DNA of 64,000 nt from Vulcanimicrobiota bacterium (GTDB lineage: Bacteria; Vulcanimicrobiota; Vulcanimicrobiia; Vulcanimicrobiales; Vulcanimicrobiaceae): contig OY968762.1 of assembly GCA_963695225.1 (NCBI GenBank), positions 32,001 through 96,000 of the forward strand, read 5' to 3'. The notes under the pieces were generated by a model, which worked only from the letters and a program-made list of their open reading frames with translations, was not told the DNA's origin and did not search any database. Numbering within the stretch: the first letter of the stretch is position 1; the number at the start of each line of letters is the position of its first letter. Below are positions 20,841-31,662 of this stretch, piece after piece. The position numbers and the translations under genes were made by a program.

Positions 20841-21710
20841 GTGCCCCTCTCCGTCCTTTCGCTGGTCTTCCTTTCGGCGCTGCTGCACGCGACCTGGAAC
20901 CTTTATGCGAAGCGCTCCTCCGGCGGCTTCGTCTTCGTATGGCTGACGAACCTCGTCGCCGTGGCGTGGCTTGTCCCGCTCGCGTCTTGCCTGCTCTACG
21001 GCGAGCGAGCGGCGATCCTCGCGCACCTGCCCGCACTGATGCTCGCGGCCGCGCTGACGAGCACGTTCCATCTGAGCTATACGCTCATGCTGTTGCGCGC
21101 CTACCGCAGCGGAGATCTCTCGGTCGTCTACCCGGTCGTGCGCGGAACGGGGCCGCTGCTCTCGGCGATCGTCGGGGTCGCCGCGTTCCGGGAACCGGCG
21201 AACGCGTTCACCATCGCGGGGACGATCATGATCGTCGGAGCGAGCTTCGCGATCGGAATCGACCGGCGCGCACGAGAGCAGGGGCACGTCGCCGGGGCGT
21301 TCGCGTTCGGCGTCCTCACCGGAGCGATGCTGTCGTGCTACACGCTCTGGGATAAGTTCGCGGTATCGAACCTCGGCTTCGCCCCGCTCGCCTACTTTGC
21401 CGCGAACATCGCGATCCAGACGCTCGTCTCGGCGCCGCTCGCGCTGCGCGAAGGGGGAAGGCCGCTCGCGGAATGGCGCGCGAACCGCACGCAGGTTCTC
21501 GTCGTCGGGATCCTGAGCCCGCTTGCGTACCTGTTGATCCTGTTCGCCCTCGCCGCTGCGCCCGTCAGCCTCGTCGCGCCCATGCGCGAGCTGAGCATCG
21601 TGATCGCGGTCGTGCTCGGCCGGATCGTCCTAGCGGAGCCGGTCGGACGCCGGCGAGCGATCGCGGGCGTCGTGATCGCGCTCGGCGTCATCGCGCTCTC
21701 GCGCGGTTGA
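20841..21710 (+). CDS. EamA/DMT family transporter
   Basis: LLHATWN, GDLSVVYPVVRG, about 10 TM segments. Confidence 0.9.
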   Translation: MPLSVLSLVFLSALLHATWNLYAKRSSGGFVFVWLTNLVAVAWLVPLASCLLYGERAAILAHLPALMLAAALTSTFHLSYTLMLLRAYRSGDLSVVYPVVRGTGPLLSAIVGVAAFREPANAFTIAGTIMIVGASFAIGIDRRAREQGHVAGAFAFGVLTGAMLSCYTLWDKFAVSNLGFAPLAYFAANIAIQTLVSAPLALREGGRPLAEWRANRTQVLVVGILSPLAYLLILFALAAAPVSLVAPMRELSIVIAVVLGRIVLAEPVGRRRAIAGVVIALGVIALSRG

Positions 21711-21723
21711 CGCGCTCGCGCGT

Positions 21724-23025
21724 TCAGCGGCGCTCGAAATTGCGGGGCAAGCCCGACCATGCGCCGTCGTAATCGGCCTGCAATAGCGACGTCTCCAGCG
21801 CGAAGCGCGTCGGCGCTATCGGGAGCCGCGTCTCGAACATGAAGGCGAGCGTCCCTGCGAGGTATTCCGGCACGAGCTCGGCCTTCGCCGCCGCATCGTA
21901 GGCGCCGGCGTCCGGGCCGTGCGCCGCCATGCAGTTGTGCAGGCTCCCGCTGCCCGGCAGGAACCCTTCGAGCTTCGCCTCGTACGTGCCGCGGATGAGC
22001 CCCATGTACTCGCTCATCACGTTGCGATGGAACCAGGGCGGGCGGAACGTGTGTTCCGCGACGGCCCAGCGCGGCGGGAAGATGACAAAATCGACGTTCG
22101 CGGTCCCCGCGAGCGGCGACGGCGAGGTCAGGACCGTGAAGATCGAAGGGTCCGCATGATCGTAGCTGACGGTGTTCACGGCCATGAAGAGCGAGAGATC
22201 GTACTTGTACGGCGCGTAGTTGCCGTGCCACGCGACGACGTCGAGCGGCGAGCGATCGTACTCGGCGGCCCATAGGTTCCCCGCGAACTTCACGACGACG
22301 TGCACGGGCTCTTCACGATCCTCGAACGCGGCGACGGGAGCCAAGAAATCGCGCGGATTCGCGAGGCCGTTCGCGCCGATGGCCCCGAGTTCGGGGAGGC
22401 GGAAGAGCGGGCCGTAGTTCTCGCAGAGGTAGCCGCGGGCGCTGCCGTCGGGGAGTTCGACGCGGAACTTCACGCCCCGCGGGATGACGCAGCACTCGCC
22501 CGGCGAGAGCGAGAGAATCCCGAACTCGGTCGGAATCCGCAGGCGCCCCTCCTGCGGGAGGATCAGGAGTTCGCCGTCGGCGTTCGAGAAGAAGCGGTCG
22601 TACATCGAGGCGCTTGCGGCGTAGAGGTGGATCGCCGCCCCCGATTGCGCACGCACGTCGCCGTTCCCGCCGAACGTGACGAGCGAATCGACGAAGTCCT
22701 TATCTTCGCTGCCGAAGGGGAGCGGATTCCAGCGCAGGCGGTTCGGCGGCAGTTCGACGTCGTCGAACGGTGCGCTGCAGAGAAGCCCGTTCTCGATGCG
22801 CGAGTAGGCGGCGTGCGCCGCCGAGGGCCGGATGCGATAGAGCCACGAGCGGCGGTTCTCCGCCCGCGGGGCCGTGAACGCCGTCCCGCTGAGCTGCTCC
22901 GCGTAGAGTCCGAGCGGAGCTTGCTGCGGCGAGTTTTGACCGGAGGGGAGAGCCCCTTCGATCGCCTCGCTCGCATGGTGGTTCGCGAATCCGGCCAGGT
23001 AAGGGGCCGTGCGTTCGAGCCTCAT
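21724..23025 (-). CDS. hmgA: Homogentisate 1,2-dioxygenase
   Basis: [34 protein letters not shown]. Confidence 0.96.
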   Translation of the reverse strand: MRLERTAPYLAGFANHHASEAIEGALPSGQNSPQQAPLGLYAEQLSGTAFTAPRAENRRSWLYRIRPSAAHAAYSRIENGLLCSAPFDDVELPPNRLRWNPLPFGSEDKDFVDSLVTFGGNGDVRAQSGAAIHLYAASASMYDRFFSNADGELLILPQEGRLRIPTEFGILSLSPGECCVIPRGVKFRVELPDGSARGYLCENYGPLFRLPELGAIGANGLANPRDFLAPVAAFEDREEPVHVVVKFAGNLWAAEYDRSPLDVVAWHGNYAPYKYDLSLFMAVNTVSYDHADPSIFTVLTSPSPLAGTANVDFVIFPPRWAVAEHTFRPPWFHRNVMSEYMGLIRGTYEAKLEGFLPGSGSLHNCMAAHGPDAGAYDAAAKAELVPEYLAGTLAFMFETRLPIAPTRFALETSLLQADYDGAWSGLPRNFERR

Positions 23026-23114
23026 ACGTTCCGCCTTCCAGGGAAAGCGCGTCCGCGAACCTTTTCACGGGGCGTGCGGCGCAGCCCCGTCGCCCGCCGG
23101 GATCGGCGCCGCGG

Positions 23115-23147
23115 AAAAAGGCCCGGATGCGCTCTGCATCCGGGCCT
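23115..23147 (-). terminator. Intrinsic terminator of aldehyde dehydrogenase gene
   Basis: AGGCCCGGATGC/GCATCCGGGCCT stem followed by TTTT on minus strand. Confidence 0.75.
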
Positions 23148-23171
23148 CGCGGCTTTCTGGCGCGCTGCGTG

Positions 23172-24716
23172 CTAGAAGAAGCCCATCGCCTTGGGGCTGT
23201 AGCTGACCAGCGCGTTCTTCGTTTGCTGATAGTGGTCCAGCGCGTTGCTGTGGGTCTCGCGCCCGATCCCCGATTGCTTGTAGCCGCCGAACGCCGCGTG
23301 AGCTGGATAGAGGTGGTAGCAGTTAATCCAGACGCGACCCGCCTGGATGCCGCGAGCGAGACGATAGTTGCGATTCGAATCGCGGCTCCACACGCCGGCG
23401 CCGAGGCCGTAGAGCGTGTCGTTGGCGATCTGGAGCGCCTCGGCTTCGTCCTTGAACGTCGTTACGGAGACGACCGGCCCGAAGATCTCCTCTTGGAAGA
23501 TGCGCATCTTGTTGTTGCCGCTGAAGACCGTCGGCTTGACGTAGAAGCCTTCCCGAAATTCGCCGCCGAGCACGTTGCGCTCGCCGCCCGTCAGGACCTT
23601 CGCACCCTCGTTCTTCCCGATCTCGATGTACGAGAGGATCTTTTCGAGCTGCTCGCTCGAGGCTTGCGCGCCGAGCATCGTCGCGGGGTCGAGCGGGCTC
23701 CCTTGCTTTACGAGCGCGACGCGCGCGAGAGCTCGCTCCATGAACTTGTCGTAGATCGATTCTTGGATGAGCACGCGAGACGGACACGTGCAGACCTCGC
23801 CCTGATTGAGCGCGAACATCGTGAAGCCTTCGAGCGCCTTATCGAAGAAGTCGTCATCCTCGGCGCAGACGTCGGCGAAGAAGATGTTCGGCGACTTCCC
23901 GCCGAGTTCGAGCGTCACCGGGATCAGGTTCTGCGCGGCATAGCCCATGATCAAGCGGCCGGTCGAGGTTTCCCCGGTGAACGCGATCTTCGCGATCCGC
24001 GGGCTCGAGGCGAGCGGCTTGCCCGCTTCCAAGCCGTAACCGTTGACGACGTTCAGGACGCCGGGCGGGAGCAGGTCCGCGATCAGTTCCATCCAGAGCA
24101 TGACGGAGGCCGGCGTCTGTTCGGCCGGCTTGAGGACGACGCAATTTCCTGCGGCGAGCGCCGGCGCGAGTTTCCAGGTCGCCATCAGAACGGGGAAGTT
24201 CCACGGGATGATCTGCCCGACGACGCCGAGCGGCTCGTGGAAGTGGTACGCGATCGTGTTGTGATCGATCTCGCTGATCCCGCCCTCTTGCGCGCGGATC
24301 GCGGCTGCGAAGTAGCGGAAGTGATCGATCGCGAGCGGGATGTCGGCGGCCGTCGTTTCGCGGATCGGCTTGCCGTTGTCGATGGTCTCGGCGAGAGCGA
24401 GGACGTCGAGCTTCGCTTCCATCCGGTCGGCGATCTTGTTGAGGATGTTGGAGCGTTCCGTCGCCGTGGTGCGGCCCCACTTTTCGCGGGCGGCGTGCGC
24501 CGCATCGAGCGCGAGCTCGATGTCTTCGGCCGTGGAACGGGCGACTTCGCAGAACGGCATCCCGACGATCGGGCTGACGTTCGGGAAGTATTCTCCCTTC
24601 ACGGGCGGGGTCGATTTGCCGCCGATGAAGTTGTCGTAACGCTGTCGATAAGGACTCTTGATTCCGAGCTTGTCGAAATCGTAGAACGTGGCGCGTTCCA
24701 GCTCTGCAATGCTCAC
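23172..24716 (-). CDS. Aldehyde dehydrogenase (AldB/ExaC type)
   Basis: [40 protein letters not shown] before GTG 24716. Confidence 0.95.
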   Translation of the reverse strand: MSIAELERATFYDFDKLGIKSPYRQRYDNFIGGKSTPPVKGEYFPNVSPIVGMPFCEVARSTAEDIELALDAAHAAREKWGRTTATERSNILNKIADRMEAKLDVLALAETIDNGKPIRETTAADIPLAIDHFRYFAAAIRAQEGGISEIDHNTIAYHFHEPLGVVGQIIPWNFPVLMATWKLAPALAAGNCVVLKPAEQTPASVMLWMELIADLLPPGVLNVVNGYGLEAGKPLASSPRIAKIAFTGETSTGRLIMGYAAQNLIPVTLELGGKSPNIFFADVCAEDDDFFDKALEGFTMFALNQGEVCTCPSRVLIQESIYDKFMERALARVALVKQGSPLDPATMLGAQASSEQLEKILSYIEIGKNEGAKVLTGGERNVLGGEFREGFYVKPTVFSGNNKMRIFQEEIFGPVVSVTTFKDEAEALQIANDTLYGLGAGVWSRDSNRNYRLARGIQAGRVWINCYHLYPAHAAFGGYKQSGIGRETHSNALDHYQQTKNALVSYSPKAMGFF

Positions 24717-25022
24717 GGTTCTCTCCTGTCGTCCTAGGTGGGTACAGCGGCCGCCCCTGCAATGAGGCGTAGGCTTGCCTCGGTGCGGCGCTCTCGTGAC
24801 CGAGAAGGCGGCTTCGCTGTAGGAAAAGTCGTACCCCCCGATGCTGGGATGAGAATCCATCCGGAGGATAATAGTTCCGACGACCATACGGCCCGAGAGT
24901 GCCGGACGGAGTTCCAACCCAACCAGGCCGTATGCGCGACACCGCCGCAGGCTTCGCGGGGGAGGGTGCGCGGCGGGCGCGTTGAAGCTGGGCTAGTCGC
25001 CGGGGGCGACGGGAGCGATCGT

Positions 25023-25098
25023 TCCCGAATAGCTCAGTTGGTAGAGCAGCTGACTGTTAATCAGCGGGTCGTTGGTTCGAGTCCAACTTCGGGAGCCA
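25023..25098 (+). tRNA. tRNA-Asn(GTT)
   Basis: 76-nt cloverleaf TCCCGAA...CTGAC-TGTTAA-TCAG...GTTCGAGTCC...TTCGGGA-G-CCA. Confidence 0.97.
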
Positions 25099-25329
25099 TG
25101 TCTGAGGAAACCCCGTGGATCCAAGCGTTTCACGGGGTTTCTGATCTTTTCGCGAATGCGTTTGCAATCCGCGCACACAGTTGCGCATCCAGTTGACCCG
25201 CGGACGGTCACCTTGGATCGACAGCCGGCGTCATAGCCGTTGAGCGTTCCGGCGCGATAGGCGCCCCAGATCACCGCGGAGCACTAAGGCAGCCCGGCGT
25301 GGGGGCTTCTGGCCTTAGCAGGGGCGTAT

Positions 25330-25413
25330 GTTCATAAATACGTGTCGCTGGGAACTTCATGTGTTCATATATATATGCTATACTGCATATTGTCAGGACA
25401 TTTATATATGAAC
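25330..25413 (+). promoter_or_regulatory. AT-rich operator repeats upstream of mobile mystery A
   Basis: GTTCATAAATACGTG (25330), GTTCATATATATATG (25363), inverted CATTTATATATGAAC (25399). Confidence 0.55.
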
Positions 25414-25887
25414 GCAAGTCAAGCTGCCCTTGCCCGCAAGCAATTGGAACGGCGCCTTGCGCCCCTCAGGGAGATGACGCTCGTTGCTCCTCCAAGAGGC
25501 TGGATCAAGGCCATTCGGGAGTCCTTGGGCATGACTGCTCGCCAACTCGCCGCCCGTATGGGCGTCGCACCCTCGCGCATCCCGGTCATCGAAAAAGCGG
25601 AAGTCACCGGCTCGACCACGTTGAGGACGCTGCGGCAGGCTGCCGCAGCCATGAACTGTGCCTTCGTCTATGCATTCGTGCCGATAGAACCGCTCGACGA
25701 GGTACTGCGCGAGCGCGCGATGCACAAGGTGCGGAAGGACGTCTCGCGCCTCGATCACACCATGCGCCTTGAAAACCAGGCACTGCTCTCATCCGATCTC
25801 GACGCTGAGCAAGAGCGCACGATCGACCTCATCCTATCCGGCTCTCTACGGGGCTTGTGGGACGAGGAACTGGACCATCATGCCTGA
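25408..25887 (+). CDS. Mobile mystery protein A (HTH)
   Basis: PPRGWIKAIRESLGMTARQLAARMGV...HTMRLENQ. Confidence 0.92.
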   Translation: MNASQAALARKQLERRLAPLREMTLVAPPRGWIKAIRESLGMTARQLAARMGVAPSRIPVIEKAEVTGSTTLRTLRQAAAAMNCAFVYAFVPIEPLDEVLRERAMHKVRKDVSRLDHTMRLENQALLSSDLDAEQERTIDLILSGSLRGLWDEELDHHA

Positions 25888-26470
25888 TCCTCTGCTGGAT
25901 CGTGACGATGACGCGAATACGCCCCTCACCGTCGAAGAGCGCGAAGCGCTTATCCCGTCCTACATCACGTTGCGACACGAGCTGAATGAAGCCGAACAGG
26001 TCAATATCGGCGCGGCTCTACGCTGGGCCGATGCGCGTAGGCGCGATGTCCTCGATCGAGATTTTCTGAGCGAACTGCACCGACGGATGTTCGGAGACGT
26101 GTGGCGTTGGGCGGGGCATTATCGTACGACCGCCCGCAATATCGGCGTCGAGGTCCATCGGATCGCCATGGACGTGCAGCAAGCCATCGACGATGCGCGA
26201 TACTGGGTCGAACATGCTAGCTATCCGCCCGACGAAATCGCCGTGCGGTTCAGCCACCGCCTCGTTGCCATTCATCCTTTCCCGAATGGAAACGGGCGCT
26301 TTTCGCGCCTTGTCGGCGATCTTCTCGCCGGCCAGCTCGGACAGGCGCCCTTCACCTGGGGACGAGTGAACTTGGTCAATGCCGGGGAGACCCGTGCGCG
26401 ATACATAGAGACTCTACGAGCCGCCGACAATCACGATATCGGACCGTTACTGCTCTTTGCTCGGTCCTGA
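25880..26470 (+). CDS. Mobile mystery protein B (Fic domain)
   Basis: MFGDVWRWAG, HPFPNGNGRFSR. Confidence 0.93.
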   Translation: MPDPLLDRDDDANTPLTVEEREALIPSYITLRHELNEAEQVNIGAALRWADARRRDVLDRDFLSELHRRMFGDVWRWAGHYRTTARNIGVEVHRIAMDVQQAIDDARYWVEHASYPPDEIAVRFSHRLVAIHPFPNGNGRFSRLVGDLLAGQLGQAPFTWGRVNLVNAGETRARYIETLRAADNHDIGPLLLFARS

Positions 26471-26611
26471 GCGTTCGGGCAAGAAGCTAGCCGCCATCAG
26501 GCGATTAGGTTTGCTCAGCACATGCGAAGGCGTATTGAGTGCCTGGAGCTGAAATGTACAAAGAGAAGACCTGCGGCCGTGGTGATCTGAGATCACCATT
26601 TCGCGCCAGCG

Positions 26612-26677
26612 GAGATCTTCGACGCGATTGGCTGGGAACGCGGACTGCCGGAGACCATTCGCTTCGATCATGGAGCC
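26612..26677 (+). pseudogene. IS3-family transposase fragment
   Basis: EIFDAIGWERGLPETIRFDHG resembles the rve core RGxPxxIRxDNG. Confidence 0.45.
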
Positions 26678-26696
26678 TCTCCGATTCGGCACCGCT

Positions 26697-26900
26697 CTAA
26701 CGCTCGGCCGCCTGCTCGCCGCGTGCGGCGTTCGGTAGCAGCAGCGTGACCAAGAAGAACACCGGGATGAGCGCATACACGACGACTGCCGCCATCGGTT
26801 CCACGAGCGCCAGTGCGCCGGCCAGCGGATAGCCGGCGATACTCACGAGCGCGCGACGTGCCCCTGCGCTCATGTAGAGCATCGCGCGCTCATCCTCACC
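26697..26900 (-). pseudogene. Probable C-terminal fragment of a membrane protein (TMEM175/DUF1211-like)
   Basis: RRALVSIAGYPLAGALALVEPMAAVVVYALIPVFFLV; no room for a full-length N-terminus. Confidence 0.35.
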
Positions 26901-26928
26901 GAAGACGACGACGGGACGGCGCACGCGT

Positions 26929-27726
26929 TCAGCGCGGTTCCACGTACAGAGCTTGGTTTGCGACGCCGAGGTAGCCGCGGGCATCCGCGAGCGAGGCGTG
27001 CGTCACGCCGACGCCGTCGTCGCTCAACGTAGTCCGCGCGCTCATGAACGTCCAGTCGCCTTCCGGGTAGCGGTGCAGCGCAACCGAGAGCGAGGGCGGC
27101 ACAAACAGCCAATCCCGGAACGGCAATTCCGGGCTCATCCCGTTCGCGGAATCGACGGCGATGAGGAGCCGGTCGATCGGCCTGAGCGGCACGCCTTCGA
27201 CGAGCGGAACGCGCACCCGCGTCCACACTTGCGACGGGCCTACGCCGGCGAGCCCCGTACCGCAGACGAAACGCCACTCGATGGCCGCGCCGTAGCCGAA
27301 CTCGTGGAACGAACCGTGCGCCTCATGCGGGGGCAGCGCGGGAACCTCGCCGGGCTCGCTGATCCCGGGCGGCACGCTTCCGCGCGCCTGCACGGCGACG
27401 CGCCAAATGCGCGCGACGACGACGTCCCGGCCGCGAGCTTCGAGGATCCCCTCGAGCAACTCGACGCGCCTGCCGGGGCGCACCACGCGCGTCCGGACGC
27501 GACAGACGTCTCTCGGGATGCCGCCCAGGAAATCCACGGCGATGCGGGCGATCCGCATCGAATCCCGCGGATGATCTTCCACGAGCGCCCACGCCAGCAG
27601 GGCCGTCGCAGGCCCGCCGTGCTGCAGATCTCGATCCCAGGGGCTCATCGTCGCTTCGGTCGCCCGAAAGACGTCCACCTCGACGCGTTCGTAGAACGCC
27701 TTGGGTCCGGCTGCGGCTGCACTCAT
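26929..27726 (-). CDS. Thioesterase family protein (double hotdog)
   Basis: SPWDRDLQHGGP, VVRPGRRVELL, DSANG. Confidence 0.88.
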   Translation of the reverse strand: MSAAAAGPKAFYERVEVDVFRATEATMSPWDRDLQHGGPATALLAWALVEDHPRDSMRIARIAVDFLGGIPRDVCRVRTRVVRPGRRVELLEGILEARGRDVVVARIWRVAVQARGSVPPGISEPGEVPALPPHEAHGSFHEFGYGAAIEWRFVCGTGLAGVGPSQVWTRVRVPLVEGVPLRPIDRLLIAVDSANGMSPELPFRDWLFVPPSLSVALHRYPEGDWTFMSARTTLSDDGVGVTHASLADARGYLGVANQALYVEPR

Positions 27727-27811
27727 CCGGCTTTGGTTGGGCGTCCGGGCCCCGAACCTTCCCGGGGCTGCGCCGGGAGGCCGCCGTTCGAACGCGCGTG
27801 AAACACTGCGC

Positions 27812-28732
27812 ATGCTTCGAGCGCTGCTCATATCGCTCTGTCTTCTTGGCGTGCCTGCGGCCGCGCTCGCGCAGGCCGGTCCCGCGGCGCCCGCGGCAAC
27901 CGTCACGCCCGCTGCCTCCGTCACGCTTGCCGAACCCGCAGAACCTGCCGAGCCCGGACCGTGGGCGGTCCCGGCGAGCGTCATGCTGCCGCGACGGATC
28001 CCCGCGGAGCCGATCGGCGACTGGGCGCCCGCCGACGGCCGAGACACGATCTCGCTCGACGTCGACGGCGTGACGTTGCGCGGGTTCTCGTATGCCGGTA
28101 GCGACCCGGCGATGCCGACGCTGCTGTTCTTCGAAGGCGATCGGGGACGGGACGGCGCCTGCGACGCATTCTTCCGAGCGATCGCGAAGCTCGGGCCGCG
28201 CGTCGTCGTTTTCGACTACCGCGGCTACGGATTCAGCGCAGGCACACCCGACGTTTCGACATTCGAAAGCGACGGATTGCGCATCTTCGATTCGCTCTCC
28301 GCAGGCGGTACGTCGCGCGTTGCGGTGATGGGATACTCGCTCGGCACAGGTATAGCAACCTCGATCGCGCTGCGAAGGACGACCGTCGGGTTGCTTCTTG
28401 CGTCGCCGTTCGCGAGCGCGAAGGAAGTGTTGCCCGTCTACATGTCGGCGCTGAGCGTGCCTGCGCGCGACGTGCGGTACGTGATGCCGTCATACGGTTT
28501 CGCCGAACTCACCGACAACGCGAAGCGCGTTGCGAAGACGCAGGTACCGCTGCTTGTCATTCACGGATCGGACGATACGATCGTTCCGGTCGCTCAAGGG
28601 CGTGAAGTTTTCGAAGCAAGCCGCGCTGCAACGAAACGCATGGTCGAAGTTCTCGGGGCGAGGCACGACGACGTGCTCGGCTCGCCCGCAACGCTATACG
28701 CGATCGAGCGATTCCTCGCACTCTTGCGCTGA
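27812..28732 (+). CDS. Exported alpha/beta hydrolase
   Basis: DYRGYG, GYSLG nucleophile elbow, HGSDDTIVP, His near C-terminus. Confidence 0.88.
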   Translation: MLRALLISLCLLGVPAAALAQAGPAAPAATVTPAASVTLAEPAEPAEPGPWAVPASVMLPRRIPAEPIGDWAPADGRDTISLDVDGVTLRGFSYAGSDPAMPTLLFFEGDRGRDGACDAFFRAIAKLGPRVVVFDYRGYGFSAGTPDVSTFESDGLRIFDSLSAGGTSRVAVMGYSLGTGIATSIALRRTTVGLLLASPFASAKEVLPVYMSALSVPARDVRYVMPSYGFAELTDNAKRVAKTQVPLLVIHGSDDTIVPVAQGREVFEASRAATKRMVEVLGARHDDVLGSPATLYAIERFLALLR

Positions 28733-29018
28733 GGTATCGCCGGAGCGGGGCGCGCTGCGATCGTTTGGTCGGCGGAACTGCGGACTAAGGTTTGCGACTT
28801 CGTGCGTGCCGGAACCGATGTTGCACGACGCGCGTCGAATCTCGCATCCGGAGATTTTCCACGAGTTCGGGTTCTCCCGGAATTGTGCGCGACGGCCAAC
28901 ATGGCACTCACGCTCCGCGTGGTCGCCGAGTTCGCCGCATGAGAGTGATACGCTCGACCGACGGGCGGCTGGGACTCGTGTTGCCTTCGGAAACTCATTT
29001 TGCGTTTGGAGATGAATC

Positions 29019-29225
29019 ATGGAGAATGTCAGCCGCCGTACGGCATCGGGAATTAGCGATAGCGTCCCATCGGATCCCGGTTTCGGTTTCCTGTTCACGA
29101 TCGTTGGGATCGTGCAGATTGTAACGATCGTATGCGTTTTCGTCTCGGTCGGGCGGCACACCGTTTCCGATCGGCCGCCGCAGATTAGTTCTCAGCCGAG
29201 TTATTCGGTAACCACGGGCGCGTAG
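29019..29225 (+). CDS. Small single-TM hypothetical protein
   Basis: GGAG RBS, one hydrophobic helix. Confidence 0.35.
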   Translation: MENVSRRTASGISDSVPSDPGFGFLFTIVGIVQIVTIVCVFVSVGRHTVSDRPPQISSQPSYSVTTGA

Positions 29226-29590
29226 CGCGCATCGCAGGGCGCGCAACGATCAAGCACGATCCTCGACGTTCGCGGGTGGAGGGCTGCGTCGCGTGTTCGC
29301 ATTACCGCGCGGGCGCCGCACCTGCGAGCGATGAGCTGAGCTAGCGCTTTAGACGAGCGAGCGAGGGACCGGTACTGCGCGCGGGAACCGGCCGCCCGCC
29401 GGGCGCGTCAAAGTTGCGTCTCCGAGAAACTCTCCGGCGACGTCGCCTTCCGGAGGTATCGCGAAAAGCGAGCTTCGGGATTCGGTGATCTCGCTCGAAC
29501 CCTCGTTGCCGGGCTTGCAAGCGCGGCGACGCGGAGTTTCGCGCTCGTCGCGAGCGTTCGGAACCTTCTGCACCCCCAGGGAGAATTCCG

Positions 29591-29932
29591 ATGCAAGCTA
29601 CTCAAACCGTTCCTCAGTTCGGAGCCCGCAAGAGCGAACCGTCGTTGGCTCCGTTTTTCGGTCTTGTAGGGATCGTCACGCTCGCGATCCTCGTAATGAT
29701 GTTCATCGCGATGCAACGCCACCTCGTCTCCGATCAGCCGGCGCAGACCAGCTCGCTCGCGAGCTATCTGGAAACGAGCGATCCGGCGGCATACCAGCTG
29801 CTGCTCACGCACCCTGGCCGCGGCGGGACGATGCAGTGCCAATTCGCCGGCGCCAACCCCATGTACGCCGTTAAGTCCAACACCGCGGTTGACTCGGATC
29901 AGTTGGTTTGCGTTCAGCCCTCGGCGCTCTGA
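29591..29932 (+). CDS. Membrane-anchored hypothetical protein
   Basis: AGGGAG RBS, N-terminal TM, two Cys. Confidence 0.55.
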   Translation: MQATQTVPQFGARKSEPSLAPFFGLVGIVTLAILVMMFIAMQRHLVSDQPAQTSSLASYLETSDPAAYQLLLTHPGRGGTMQCQFAGANPMYAVKSNTAVDSDQLVCVQPSAL

Positions 29933-29940
29933 GGATAGTT

Positions 29941-30642
29941 ATGTTGCGGACGGCGCCGTTCACGCGAGGGCGCGCGCCGTTCGGAGCAGCCTCGCACGCG
30001 AAGCCGCGGAGCCGATTTTCGATCGCGGTCGGTCGCGCTCTCGCAGGCGCGGCGATCGCTTGCTTTCTATTTGGAAATGAGACTATGGCAGCGGAAGAGC
30101 CGTCATTCAAGACCATCGTGCATGAGGGCGCGTTCGAGGTTCGCGATTATCCTTCGCTCGTCGTCGCCGAGGTTACCGTCGGCGGTAATCGCTGGCAGGC
30201 TGCGAGTGCCGGCTTCCGCCTGCTCGCAGGCTATATCTTCGGCGGCAACAGACAACGCCGGAGTATTGCCATGACGGTGCCCGTCGAGCAAGTGCCCGCC
30301 GGTGAGAAGATCGCGATGACGGCTCCGGTCACTCAGGCTCCAAGCGGCGATGGCTGGATCGTTCGGTTCATCATGCCGAGGGAGTATACGCTGGAGACGC
30401 TACCCGAACCGGATGATCCACGCGTGCATTTGAGGGAGCTCCCGGCGGCGCGCTTGGCCGTCCTCAGATTCTCGGGGCTCGCGCGCGAACGGGCCGTCGA
30501 GGCGAAGACCTCGGAACTCGAAGCACTTGTTGCGGCGCATCACCTGCGTGCTCTCGGGAGCGCGTCGCTCGCTCAATACGATCCGCCCTGGACGCTTTGG
30601 TTCATGCGGCGGAACGAGGCGATGATTTCCGTCGCGCACTGA
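29941..30642 (+). CDS. SOUL heme-binding protein
   Basis: FEVRDYP, GFRLLAGYIFGGN, IAMTAPV, YDPPWT..RRNE. Confidence 0.92.
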   Translation: MLRTAPFTRGRAPFGAASHAKPRSRFSIAVGRALAGAAIACFLFGNETMAAEEPSFKTIVHEGAFEVRDYPSLVVAEVTVGGNRWQAASAGFRLLAGYIFGGNRQRRSIAMTVPVEQVPAGEKIAMTAPVTQAPSGDGWIVRFIMPREYTLETLPEPDDPRVHLRELPAARLAVLRFSGLARERAVEAKTSELEALVAAHHLRALGSASLAQYDPPWTLWFMRRNEAMISVAH

Positions 30643-30668
30643 GAGCGCAGCTCGAATCTGTCGACCGA

Positions 30669-31064
30669 TCAGCTCGTTTGCGGGCTCGTGCAGTATTTGC
30701 ACCTTTTCGCGGCGAGCGGAATCTCGCTCGCGCACTCCGGGCAGATCTTCGTATCGGGGACGGCGGCAACGGGCTTGGGCTTGAGGCGTTCCATCGGCGC
30801 GACGACGGCGAAGTAGACGACCATCGCGACGATCAGGAACGATATCAGCGCGTTGATGAAATTCCCGATCGGGAAATGCGTTCCGTTCAAATCGAAGCCG
30901 ACGGTGGAGAAGTCGGGTTTTCCTATGAGTGCGGCGATGAACGGCGTGAGCACGTCCTTGACGGCGGACGCGACGACCGCGCTGAACGCAGCCCCGATGA
31001 CGACGGCGACCGCCAGATCGGCGACGTTGCCGCGCATGATGAAGTCCCGAAAACCTTTGAGCAC
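30669..31064 (-). CDS. mscL: Large-conductance mechanosensitive channel with C-terminal zinc ribbon
   Basis: FRDFIMRGNVADLAVAVVIGAAF; CPEC...CKYC. Confidence 0.93.
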   Translation of the reverse strand: MLKGFRDFIMRGNVADLAVAVVIGAAFSAVVASAVKDVLTPFIAALIGKPDFSTVGFDLNGTHFPIGNFINALISFLIVAMVVYFAVVAPMERLKPKPVAAVPDTKICPECASEIPLAAKRCKYCTSPQTS

Positions 31065-31156
31065 CGAGGCCTCCCTTTCTTTCTCGAGGATTTGAACCGG
31101 CCACGTTTATCGCAAGTTGCATGCCTTCGGAGAACGCGAATGCCTCGACGATCCCC

Positions 31157-31567
31157 TCACCGGCCGGCGCCGATGCGGTACGCGAGCCAGGCGGCCGCGG
31201 CGAACGAGATCGCGCCGCCGATCTTCACGCCCGCATCCGTCGCGGAGGCGTGATCGCCGGACCACGGCAAGGCGGAGATTGCCGTCAACAGCAGGGCGAG
31301 CCAGACGGATCCGACGGCGTAGAACGCGATCCAGAAGCCCGGCGGCTTCACCCACTTCTTGCGCTTCGCGCGGACCTCGTAGATCGTCCGGAAGAGCGGC
31401 CACGACTCGGCGGCGGCGAGGAAGGCCGGGATGCCGAGCCACCCTGCGGCCGAACGATGCCCGACGAGCATCCACCAGACGAGCCAGACGCCGAACCCGG
31501 CGGCCAAGCGCAGGTACGGCGGCGCTGCGCGGGGCTTGGGCGGATGCGGGCTCGTCCGTTTGGCCAT
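31157..31567 (-). CDS. Hypothetical membrane protein
   Basis: About 4 hydrophobic segments; GAAGGA RBS. Confidence 0.6.
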   Translation of the reverse strand: MAKRTSPHPPKPRAAPPYLRLAAGFGVWLVWWMLVGHRSAAGWLGIPAFLAAAESWPLFRTIYEVRAKRKKWVKPPGFWIAFYAVGSVWLALLLTAISALPWSGDHASATDAGVKIGGAISFAAAAWLAYRIGAGR

Positions 31568-31662
31568 GCGCGTTCCTTCATGTCGCAGGGTCGTCAATCT
31601 TTGGAACCGGCGAACGGCCTTGCCAGCGGAACGGGCGGCGCCGTCGCGAAATGCCGACGAGA

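Noticed and set aside
30669..30760. Zinc-ribbon tail on MscL
   Set aside because: A known, widespread MscL variant, not novel.
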